Shown: piece by piece, positions 8,054 through 16,141 of the stretch
How the letters are laid out: every line of letters begins with the position of its first letter
Numbering within the stretch: position 1 is the first letter of the stretch
Assembly: GCA_965656495.1 (NCBI GenBank)
Contig: CBFHKU010000006.1
Location: forward strand, 1-64,000
DNA: 64,000 bases
From: Coraliomargaritaceae bacterium
GTDB lineage: Bacteria > Verrucomicrobiota > Verrucomicrobiia > Opitutales > Coraliomargaritaceae
Direction: 5' to 3'
Made by a program: the position numbers and the translations under genes
Notes under the pieces: model-generated
Told to the model about the DNA's origin: nothing
Databases searched by the model: none
The model's input: the letters and a program-made list of their open reading frames with translations, nothing else

Positions 8054-9907
8054 TTAAGCTTTACGCTTTTTATAGGCGGCGAAGCCGGAGAGGAGGAGTC
8101 CTAGCAAGAGGGCGTAGGTTGAAGGTTCGGGAACCAAGACGTAGGTGTAGGTGCCGTCGAAGGTCGATTTCCATTTGTCTCCGTAATTATCAACGGTGGC
8201 GAGGGTGTAGGTGTCACCGGTTTTTTCCTCGACCTGGAGATTGGTGTCATCAAAGAGGGCGAAGAGGGTGGTGCTGTCGCTGTAGTCGCCTTCGATGACG
8301 AGGCGGTTGTCCCAGGCGAGGAAGATGTCGGCGAGGTCGAAGGTGGCCCCGGCTTCGATTTGGAGGGTATTGCCGGTATTGCCCGCGACCGATCCGATAT
8401 AGAGGTCATTGGCAACGAGGTCGCCCTCGAGGACAAGGGTGTTGCCATCGGAGCCGGCATTTTGCCCGATGAGAACGGATTTACCGGTGCTGGTGACATC
8501 GGCGCGGTCGCCGGAGGAGAGGGTGAGCCGATTGTTATCGGTGTTTTGACCGATGACCCAGTCCTCTTTGGATTCAAAACTGATGCCCCGGATTACGTCG
8601 GTGCGATCACCGTCGTCCATGGTGGTGAGGGAACTGATCGTGCCGGTATAGGCTTTGCCATTTGCTCCGATGATAAAACGATTGCCCTTTACACTCACGG
8701 AATAGCCGAACCGATCGTTAGCGGCGGCATCGGAGGCGGTGATCTTGACGTTTTCGGTGACAGTACCGGTAGCGGAGTCGAGATTGCGGTAGAGGTAGGC
8801 CGCGCCGGGAGGAGTATTCCCGAGCTCAGTACGAGGCGTGCCGACGAGGGCGGTGTTCCCGTCGAGGCTTGCGGAGTGGCCGAACCAATCACTCACAGCG
8901 GCATCGGAGGCGGTGAGCTTGACGTTTTCGGTGACCGTGCCGGTGGCGGTGTCGAGATTGCGGAAGAAGTAGGCCGCGCCGGTACTAGAAACCCCCCCGT
9001 GGTCAGCTTGATACGCGCCGACGAGGGCATTGTTCCCGTCGAGGTTCACGAAATTGCCGAAATTATTGTGATTGGCGGGATTGGCGGCGGTGAGCTTGAC
9101 GTTTTCGGTGACGGTGCTGCCCTGAGCGGCGGTGTCGAGATCGCGGAAGAGGTATGCCGCGCCGGCACCAATATTCGCCCCGTGGTTAGCACTACTCGCG
9201 CCAACGAGGGCGTTGTTCCCGTCGAGGCTTGCGGAGGAGCCGAAACTATCGTAATTGGCGGCATCGGAGGCGGTGAGCTTGACGTTTTCGGTGACCGTGC
9301 CGGTGGCGGTGTCGAGATTGCGGAAGAGGTATGCCGCGCCGACATCATCATTCCCCCCGTAGTTAGCACTACTCGCGCCGACGAGGGCGTTGTTCCCGTG
9401 GAGGCTTGCGGAGGAGGCGAAACTATCGTAATCGGCGGCATCGGAGGCGGTGAGCTTGACGTTTTCGTTGACGGTACCGGTAGCGGTGTCGAGATTGCGG
9501 TAGAGGTAGGCCGCGCCGGCATTAGAAACCCCCCCGTGGTCCGCATATGTCGCGCCGACGAGGGCGTTGTTCCCGTGGAGGCTTGCGGAGGAGCCGAAAC
9601 TATCGTAATTGGCGGCATCGGAGGCGGTGAGCTTGAGGTTTTGTATCGTGGGTGCGGCGGTGGTACCGGTAGCGGAGTCGAGATCGCGGAAGAGGTATGC
9701 CGCGCCGGCTTCAGAAAGCCCCCCGTGTTCAGCACTAATCGCGCCGACGAGGGCGGTGTTCCCGTCGAGGCTTGTGGACCAGCCGAAACCATCGTATGCG
9801 GCGGAATCGGAGTCGGTGAGCACGGCGGCGTGCAAGTGGGCGCTGAGGAAGCAAAACGCCGCGAGGCTGCCGCCGAGGTATTTACGATATGTCTGTCTTG
9901 TATTCAT
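8054..9907 (-). CDS. PEP-CTERM surface protein with seven FG-GAP propeller repeats, paralogue B
   Basis: Same architecture as 5834-7690. Internal repeats are near-identical at DNA level (~174-nt period), and the PEP-CTERM tail is identical to that of paralogue A. Confidence 0.92.
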   Translation of the reverse strand: MNTRQTYRKYLGGSLAAFCFLSAHLHAAVLTDSDSAAYDGFGWSTSLDGNTALVGAISAEHGGLSEAGAAYLFRDLDSATGTTAAPTIQNLKLTASDAANYDSFGSSASLHGNNALVGATYADHGGVSNAGAAYLYRNLDTATGTVNENVKLTASDAADYDSFASSASLHGNNALVGASSANYGGNDDVGAAYLFRNLDTATGTVTENVKLTASDAANYDSFGSSASLDGNNALVGASSANHGANIGAGAAYLFRDLDTAAQGSTVTENVKLTAANPANHNNFGNFVNLDGNNALVGAYQADHGGVSSTGAAYFFRNLDTATGTVTENVKLTASDAAVSDWFGHSASLDGNTALVGTPRTELGNTPPGAAYLYRNLDSATGTVTENVKITASDAAANDRFGYSVSVKGNRFIIGANGKAYTGTISSLTTMDDGDRTDVIRGISFESKEDWVIGQNTDNNRLTLSSGDRADVTSTGKSVLIGQNAGSDGNTLVLEGDLVANDLYIGSVAGNTGNTLQIEAGATFDLADIFLAWDNRLVIEGDYSDSTTLFALFDDTNLQVEEKTGDTYTLATVDNYGDKWKSTFDGTYTYVLVPEPSTYALLLGLLLSGFAAYKKRKA

Positions 9908-10020
9908 TGTATTTTTCTAAAAATTTACGTATATATTATTTAATTTAACTTAAATCAGGTTTTAGCATTATTATAAAATCAGAAAAAAGCAATAAATAAA
10001 ATTTATTCAATTATTAAAGC

Positions 10021-10123
10021 GGGGCGGCTCGCCAGTCCGGAGCTGGTTGCAGGTGAGGCGCGGCGATGGAGGACGCGGGTTGGGTGGTGGCGCAAAAAAA
10101 CCCGTCGGCGGGATGCCGGCGGG
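10021..10123. repeat. ~103-bp junction repeat ending in terminator copy T3
   Basis: Second copy of 7927-8029. Core CAAAAAAACCCG at 10093-10104. Confidence 0.9.
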
Positions 10124-10243
10124 ATCCAGCGGGGCGGTGTAAGCGAAAATAAAAGGGACGAGACCGCTTAAGAGGCTACGGCGTGCATGTACGCGGGGGG
10201 GGGGGGTATCATTATATCCATGCAGATTCAAGTAATGTTTCAT
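10124..10243 (-). pseudogene. 5' stub of a secreted-protein gene with a C12 homopolymer tract, truncated at T3
   Basis: MKHYLNLHGYNDTPPPRVHARRSLLSGLVPFIFAYTAPLD (basic then hydrophobic, signal-peptide-like) follows an AT-rich promoter-like region and runs straight into the T3 hairpin. G12 lies at 10195-10206 on +. Confidence 0.55.
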
Positions 10244-10422
10244 GAAATTTATATAAAAGGCAAAATATTTATAATAGAATCATAAATCACTTATTTATTT
10301 ATTTTTTAATGTCAAGTGATTTAATTTTAATTCTCCGGTAATTTCTTGATTATGGACGGCGAAGGTGAGCGTAGTGGGGTGGTCGGGTTTCAGGGTCGCG
10401 TCGGAGGGTCACAGTGGGGACA

Positions 10423-10455
10423 CAAAAAAACCCGCGGGCGTGGTACCGGCGGGTT
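10423..10455 (-). terminator. tRNA-Asp intrinsic terminator (T4)
   Basis: Minus-strand RNA AACCCGCCGGU-ACCAC-GCCCGCGGG-UUUUUUU, starting ~8 nt after the tRNA CCA. Confidence 0.88.
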
Positions 10456-10463
10456 GCTTGCAA

Positions 10464-10541
<78 letters not shown>

Positions 10542-10628
10542 TTGAAGAAAGAGTAAGCCGGAGAACGTAGGGCTGGAGCGGCTCAAGTCAAGCGATGTTT
10601 TTTTGAAAATTTTTCGGGGTGAATGGAA

Positions 10629-11759
10629 TCAGGATTCGATGCGGGCTTGATGGAGTTCGCGGGCGAAGGCGGCAACCACGCCGCTCCAGTCGAGGGTTTC
10701 GGCGGTCTGGCGAGCGGCGGTGCGGATGGCGGGCCAGTCGGAGCGTGATTGGAGTGTGGCGTCCAGTTGGGCGAGGTATTGTTGGGCTTGGTCGAAGGGG
10801 GCGAGGTAGCCGTTGCTGGCGTGCCGGATGTGTTGTTGGGGGGCAGCGTAGTCGTAGGCGAGGGTGACGAGTCCGGAGGCGAGTGCTTCGATGACGACGT
10901 TTCCAAAGGTTTCGGTGACGCTGGGGAAGATGAAGAGGTCTCCGGAGGCGTAGTGGCGGGCGAGGTCTTCGCCTTTTTGCATTCCGGCAAAGATGAACTC
11001 GGGGTGTTGTTTTTGGAGTTGTGGTCGCTCGGGGCCATCGCCGACGAAGACGCAGGCGGCGTCGGGTACTTGGGCGCGGACGCGGGCGAAGGCTTCGAGG
11101 GCGAGGGGGATGTTTTTTTCGGCGGCGATGCGGCTGACGAAGATGGCGGCGATTCCGGTCTGGGGGTCGATTCCCCAGGAACGTCGCAGTGTGGCGTCGC
11201 GCTTGGATGGATGGAATAAGTTGGCATCAACGCCGCGCCCGAGGAGGCGCAGGTTTTGAATACCGAGGGCCTCGAGTTGTTGGATGACTTGGGTGGAGGG
11301 AGCGAAGGTGCGGCGGGTGCGGTTATGGGTGCGGCGGAGGAAAGTGCTGACGAAGGTTTTGAGAAGCGGCATTTTATAGTGGCGCATGTATTCGTGGAAG
11401 TTGGTGTGGAATCCGCTGGTTACGGGGATGCCGAGGGCGCGCGCGGCGGCGATTGCGGAGAGGCCGAGGGGGCCTTCGGTGGCGACGTAGATGACGTCGG
11501 GTGGATCTTTTTTCCAGCGTTTGCGCAGCGAGCCTTTGCAGGGGAGTCCGAATCGCAAGCCATCGTAACCGGGGAGGGGCAAGCCTCGCACAATGCAGTC
11601 GCCGCTGGTGTGGTTTTTAAACGTTTCCGAGCGTTGGCGCGGGCGCACGACGGTGACGGGGTGTCCGCTTGCCCGCAGTCCTTCCGCCAGTCGCGAGAGT
11701 GTCATGGCAACTCCATTGACTTCAGGTGGATAGGTTTCGGTTACAATGCAGACTTTCAT
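10629..11759 (-). CDS. GT4 glycosyltransferase (MgtA/Agt-like, probable glycolipid synthase)
   Basis: Start re-assigned to MKVCIVTETYPPEVNGVAMTL. ATEGPLG, FHTNF, VSRIAAEKN and FPSVTETFGNVVIEALASG motifs. Confidence 0.88.
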   Translation of the reverse strand: MKVCIVTETYPPEVNGVAMTLSRLAEGLRASGHPVTVVRPRQRSETFKNHTSGDCIVRGLPLPGYDGLRFGLPCKGSLRKRWKKDPPDVIYVATEGPLGLSAIAAARALGIPVTSGFHTNFHEYMRHYKMPLLKTFVSTFLRRTHNRTRRTFAPSTQVIQQLEALGIQNLRLLGRGVDANLFHPSKRDATLRRSWGIDPQTGIAAIFVSRIAAEKNIPLALEAFARVRAQVPDAACVFVGDGPERPQLQKQHPEFIFAGMQKGEDLARHYASGDLFIFPSVTETFGNVVIEALASGLVTLAYDYAAPQQHIRHASNGYLAPFDQAQQYLAQLDATLQSRSDWPAIRTAARQTAETLDWSGVVAAFARELHQARIES

Positions 11760-11834
11760 TAGGCTTGTTCCAGTATTGCTATAATGGAATGATGTGATTG
11801 AGATTTCAAACTCAGCAGGAATAGACAAGTCAAA

Positions 11835-12722
11835 GTGACGAAGAGCATGCATATAATCAGTGGGCCGACTGCGGTGGGGAAGACGGAATATGCGTTGCGG
11901 TATGCGGAGGCGCACGATGCGGAGATTGTATCCTGTGATGCGTCGTTGGTATATCGTGGGATGGATATTGGGACGGCGAAACCGAGTGCGGCGGAGCAGG
12001 CGCGGGTTCGGCACCACCTGATCGACCTGCAAGCGGTGGATGTTCCATTTGATATCGTGGCGTATGAGTCGCTGGCGCGGGAGGTGGTGAGGGAGATCAC
12101 GGCGCGGGGGAAGTCGGTGTTGGTAACGGGGGGGAGTGGATTTTATTTAAAGAGTTTTCTGGCGCCGGTAACGGATGGGATTGTGGTGACGGCGGAGTTG
12201 CGAGCGGAGGTGGAGGGGCTTTATGGGGAAGGAGGCTTGCGCGGGTTGTTGGAGGCGCTGCGTTCTTGTAGTGGGGATGATTTGGGAAGCCTGGACTGCC
12301 AGAATCCCCGGCGGGTGATGCGTGCTTTGGAGCGTTGTTTGGCAACGGGGCGAAGTGTATCGGAATTGCAGGCGGAATTTGCGGCGCGGCCCGAGCCTTA
12401 TGGGGACTACAAGAAGCACTTAATACTTTTGGAGCGGGAGGCGGAGGCATTGCGCGAGCGGGTGGTGCAACGGGCTAAGGCGATGTTGGGGAATGGTTTG
12501 ATCGAAGAGGTGGCGGGTTTGCGGGAGGAGGGGATTGAGCGGAACCCGAGTGCGGCGAGCGCGATTGGTTACCGTGAAACGCTTGCGTATTTGCGTGGGG
12601 AATTGGAGCGCCGTGAATTAGGGGGCGCGATTATTCAAAACACGATGCATTTGGTTAAAAAGCAGCGCACCTGGTTCCGCAGCCAAATCCGGAAGCCGGA
12701 TGTCTCGATTGTTTTAACCTGA
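11835..12722 (+). CDS. miaA: tRNA dimethylallyltransferase
   Basis: GPTAVGKT, CDASLVYRGMDIGTAKP, GGSGFY, NPRRVMRALE, AIGY and KKQRTWF motifs. Confidence 0.96.
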   Translation: MTKSMHIISGPTAVGKTEYALRYAEAHDAEIVSCDASLVYRGMDIGTAKPSAAEQARVRHHLIDLQAVDVPFDIVAYESLAREVVREITARGKSVLVTGGSGFYLKSFLAPVTDGIVVTAELRAEVEGLYGEGGLRGLLEALRSCSGDDLGSLDCQNPRRVMRALERCLATGRSVSELQAEFAARPEPYGDYKKHLILLEREAEALRERVVQRAKAMLGNGLIEEVAGLREEGIERNPSAASAIGYRETLAYLRGELERRELGGAIIQNTMHLVKKQRTWFRSQIRKPDVSIVLT

Positions 12723-12789
12723 CTGTCACGGAGGTTTTAAGGCAAGGGGTTGACAGTTATAAAGATGCCGCCTAATTGTTAGAACCCAG

Positions 12790-13392
12790 ATGGGCACTGG
12801 ATTGAAATACAGAGTTTTGGTTTTAAACCGGCTTTGGCAGGCAGTGAACATCGTGGGTGTGCCGCGCGCTTTTAGCCTTTTGTTGCAGGACCACGCGCAA
12901 GTCATCAATACGGGTGACGGGAGTTTTGAGCTGCTGAATTGCGAACGCTGGTTGGCGCATTCTGCGGAAGATACACCGGGGGATGATGAAGCTTTTGTAC
13001 AGACGGTGCGCCTGCGGATTCGGGTGCCGAAAGTGTTGCTCTTGCGGGGGTATGATCGTTTGCCGGTGCAGGAAGTGAAGTTCTCGCGCGAGAGTCTTTT
13101 TGAGCGGGACAATTACCGCTGTCAGTATTGTGGCAATGCCTTTGAAGCGGAGAAGCTCAACATGGATCATGTCATTCCGCGGGACCGGGGGGGCCGCACC
13201 AGTTGGGAAAACATCGTAACCTCGTGCATTAGTTGTAATTCGAGGAAGGCGAACCGCTTGCCGCACCAGGCGGAGATGCATTTGATTCGCAAGCCCGAGC
13301 GCCCGCGCTGGCGTCCTTTTATCAGTTCTCTGATTGGTCAGGATTATGACCCGGAGTGGGATCACTTCATCAAGCTCAAGCAGGTGGGTTAG
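12790..13392 (+). CDS. HNH endonuclease (McrA-like, Zn-binding)
   Basis: VLVLN..., RDNYRCQYCG, DHVIPRDRGG..SWENIVTSCISCNSRK. Confidence 0.92.
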   Translation: MGTGLKYRVLVLNRLWQAVNIVGVPRAFSLLLQDHAQVINTGDGSFELLNCERWLAHSAEDTPGDDEAFVQTVRLRIRVPKVLLLRGYDRLPVQEVKFSRESLFERDNYRCQYCGNAFEAEKLNMDHVIPRDRGGRTSWENIVTSCISCNSRKANRLPHQAEMHLIRKPERPRWRPFISSLIGQDYDPEWDHFIKLKQVG

Positions 13393-16112
13393 TTATTCCC
13401 GCCGGGGAGGAGGTTTCGCGGATCGTAGATTGAGCGAATGGATTGATCCTGGAGGGTGCCTGAAACGCGGAACTGCATGAGGTAATTGAGGGGGTTGATT
13501 GCGTCGGTGATCCTCCAGAGGGGGTTGAATTTTTTATTAAGGTTGCCGATGAGGTTGACGCCGACGACGAGGTCGAGGGCTTGGTCTGCCATTTGCAAGG
13601 TGCCGTTGGCTTCGATTTTAGCTTGCGGGCCGTTTATATTCAAGGGGCTGAATTTCATGAAGCCATCTGCGAGGGCGAAATCGCTGGCCATTTGATTCAA
13701 GGTTAAGGAGGTAAAGCCGAGGGGGGTTTTTTCGAGAATCATGGAAAGGGGGCCGAGTAATTGAATTTGGGCAAGGTTCTCGTGCTGAAGGGTGAAGCGG
13801 CCAAAGCCCCGGTGGGTATAAAAATCATCAGCGGGGCCAACGGATTGGAGTTTTAAATCAAGGATGCCGTTCTTTTTTGAGGGTGCTGGCGGGGGGGCGG
13901 TTTCGGGGGGTGAAGTCGTTTCAAAATCCATCAAGAGCGCCCGGGCGGTTGGGTAATCGGCAGCCTTGAGGTCGAGATCGAGGCGCAAGCGGGGGTGACC
14001 GGAGATCGGTGCCTCGGAGTGATCGATTGCGCCGGTACCGCTGCCGCCCGCGATGCCAAAATCGAGTTTGCGTAGCCTGATACGTGTATCGCGGGCATGG
14101 AGTTGGAAGCGCAGATGTTGGAGGTTGACCTGATGGAATGAGAGGGGCGCGTCGGCATCGACTTGGAGGTAGAGATGGCTGAGGTCTTTGAATTGGGGGT
14201 AAAGGTCTTCGCGGAATTGGGTGGCGTGTAAATGCAACTGCGGGGCATGTGAGGATTGGAAGGCATCCAGGTTTTGGGCGGTTTTTGGCGGGAGGAGTTG
14301 GCGGAGTTTATGGAGGGGCAGGACTCCCTGCAGGTCGTATCGGATCGCGGCGGAGGCGGGGATTTCGTCCGGGAAGCCGGTAAAGTGAATATCGCCCTTG
14401 ATCCAGTGGGCGCCGCTGCGGGCATCCAGTTTATGAATTTCGGTATAACGGTTACGGCCGCGCAGGGTGAGTTGTCCTTCTTGGATGGGGACATTATGGT
14501 ATGCGAGTTTGCTGGCCTCGAATTGACCGTAGTAGAAGTCGGTGGAGAACTTGTCGGTTTTGCCGTAAACGACGCAGTCGCCCTCGACGCGGCTTTGTTC
14601 ATTAAATGAGAGATCCTCGTTGAAGATGTTCTTCCACCAGGGCGGCATGAAGGGGTTGTATTGATTGGGGATGAGTTGGCCCTTGGTGCTGAGGGCGTAG
14701 GTTTTGGTGTGAAAGTTCTGGGTATAGGAGAGCTCGAGTGATTGTGTGCCGCGTTTGAAGTGGAGGGGTTTGATTTCGAGTTGGTTGGAGTCGTAGGTAG
14801 CGTTGATGCTGGCGACTTCAAAGTTCACGCCATTGAGGCTGGGTTGAATAAAATGAGCAAAGGTGTGGGCGCGGGGGTTTTCAAAATTTGACGCCCAGCG
14901 GAGGGTGGTTTTGCAATGGGCGGGGCCGTTGAGAAGGAGCTCCGGCAGATCTTGGGTCTCCGTCTCCGGCAGGAGGAGGGCGGGGTTGAAGTTTCCCCGG
15001 AGCGTGCCGGCGCCCGAATCATCTTGGGTATTGAGTTGGCCGGCAAAAGCGATGAAGCCGCCCAGGCCGTGTGCATATGCCTCAAGCCGGATGGATTCGG
15101 GTGCGGCGTGATGCAGTTTTAGGGCGGCGTTGTTGAAGTGTTTACCAAAGCCTGAGATTTGGTCGGCACGGACTTGAAAGGCCGGCCATCGGCCGGAGGC
15201 AAGGGCAAGGGCTTCCGGCGCATTGATCTGCCCGGCGGCGTGCTCGATGCGAATGGCATAATCCTTCAGGACGAAGCGATCGGCTTGAAAATGGGGTGCT
15301 TGATGGAAGGTGATTCCATCTTGCGTGAAGGAGGCGCGGGCGTGAACTTTGATGTTTTCGAATGCGATGGCCTCGTGCTGTAAACTGGGCGTGGCGAAAT
15401 CGAAGGTTAGGCTGAGGGGTGGATTGGGCTGGCCCTGTAGTGTATCGTCTTTTTTGAGATGGAGGCAAAGGAGGGGGTCTTGGGTTTTTTGAAGGAAGGG
15501 TTCGATTTCAGGGCGATTTTGGAGGCTTTTGAGGAATGTCTCGAGGGGGTCGCTGGAGGGGGTTTCGGGATTGCTGAGGTTTTGGAAGTCGGCGGTGTTT
15601 AAGCGGGCGCTCCCTTTGATGCGCAGGCTACCGTGTTCTGCGGTTAGGGCCTTGAGGTGTAGTTCGCCGGCGCGGGGGTTTAGTTCGAGGGAGAGACCGA
15701 GTTTGGTAAGGGCGGGGCGCGGGGGCTCGCTGGTGTCTTGCTCGCTTGGGTGAAAAAGGGTGCCACGGTAGACCGATAATTTGAGCCCTAATGGTGTGCG
15801 AAACGACGGTTCAAGGCGCAGGTGTTCCGCCTGTGCGATAAGTTTGCCCGGTTCCCCCTTTAAAAGGCGCGCTTCCTCAACCTGAAGCACGCCGTTGGGG
15901 TTCAGGTAAAAAGCGTCTCCCTGAATGTGGTATTGCTCGTGCGGGTGTTGCTGCAGCCAGTTATTTACGGCAGTCGTCGGCAAGGGGAGGTGCCCGAGGG
16001 TGATGAGGCAATAGGCGATGAGCCCCTGCAATAGGAGAACGGCAACAAGGAAGGCCTGAAGTAGGAAAGCTCCAGTGCGAGCGATAAGTTTTATCAGTTT
16101 GGGGAGCGACAT
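13389..16112 (-). CDS. AsmA-like/YhdP-type membrane-anchored beta-taco protein
   Basis: N-terminal TM anchor, long amphipathic beta region, and AsmA-like C-terminus (FRVSGTLQDQ). Confidence 0.7.
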   Translation of the reverse strand: MSLPKLIKLIARTGAFLLQAFLVAVLLLQGLIAYCLITLGHLPLPTTAVNNWLQQHPHEQYHIQGDAFYLNPNGVLQVEEARLLKGEPGKLIAQAEHLRLEPSFRTPLGLKLSVYRGTLFHPSEQDTSEPPRPALTKLGLSLELNPRAGELHLKALTAEHGSLRIKGSARLNTADFQNLSNPETPSSDPLETFLKSLQNRPEIEPFLQKTQDPLLCLHLKKDDTLQGQPNPPLSLTFDFATPSLQHEAIAFENIKVHARASFTQDGITFHQAPHFQADRFVLKDYAIRIEHAAGQINAPEALALASGRWPAFQVRADQISGFGKHFNNAALKLHHAAPESIRLEAYAHGLGGFIAFAGQLNTQDDSGAGTLRGNFNPALLLPETETQDLPELLLNGPAHCKTTLRWASNFENPRAHTFAHFIQPSLNGVNFEVASINATYDSNQLEIKPLHFKRGTQSLELSYTQNFHTKTYALSTKGQLIPNQYNPFMPPWWKNIFNEDLSFNEQSRVEGDCVVYGKTDKFSTDFYYGQFEASKLAYHNVPIQEGQLTLRGRNRYTEIHKLDARSGAHWIKGDIHFTGFPDEIPASAAIRYDLQGVLPLHKLRQLLPPKTAQNLDAFQSSHAPQLHLHATQFREDLYPQFKDLSHLYLQVDADAPLSFHQVNLQHLRFQLHARDTRIRLRKLDFGIAGGSGTGAIDHSEAPISGHPRLRLDLDLKAADYPTARALLMDFETTSPPETAPPPAPSKKNGILDLKLQSVGPADDFYTHRGFGRFTLQHENLAQIQLLGPLSMILEKTPLGFTSLTLNQMASDFALADGFMKFSPLNINGPQAKIEANGTLQMADQALDLVVGVNLIGNLNKKFNPLWRITDAINPLNYLMQFRVSGTLQDQSIRSIYDPRNLLPGGNN

Positions 16113-16141
16113 CTCCAGCTTATAAATGGCTTGTGATAAGT

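Noticed and set aside
8054..9907. DGR-type adenine-specific diversification of FG-GAP blades (blade 5 is AAT-rich)
   Set aside because: Differences between blades include many non-adenine positions, and no reverse transcriptase or non-coding template repeat is present in the window.
8360..9943. 527-aa plus-strand ORF (and similar ORFs at 5960-6823, 25938-27611, 36111-37118, 53098-54456)
   Set aside because: These are antisense shadows of well-supported genes, expected from GC3-biased codon usage, and have no recognisable motifs.
5364..10460. Classical tRNA-integrated prophage/ICE or true integron
   Set aside because: There is no integrase, no duplicated tRNA 3' end, and no attC-type RYYYAAC...GTTRRRY boundaries. 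Reported instead as an atypical terminator-bounded array.
12790..13392. HNH nuclease as part of a defence or mobile system
   Set aside because: It is a stand-alone gene of a widespread HNH subtype between housekeeping genes, with host-like composition and no methylase, repeats or partner genes.
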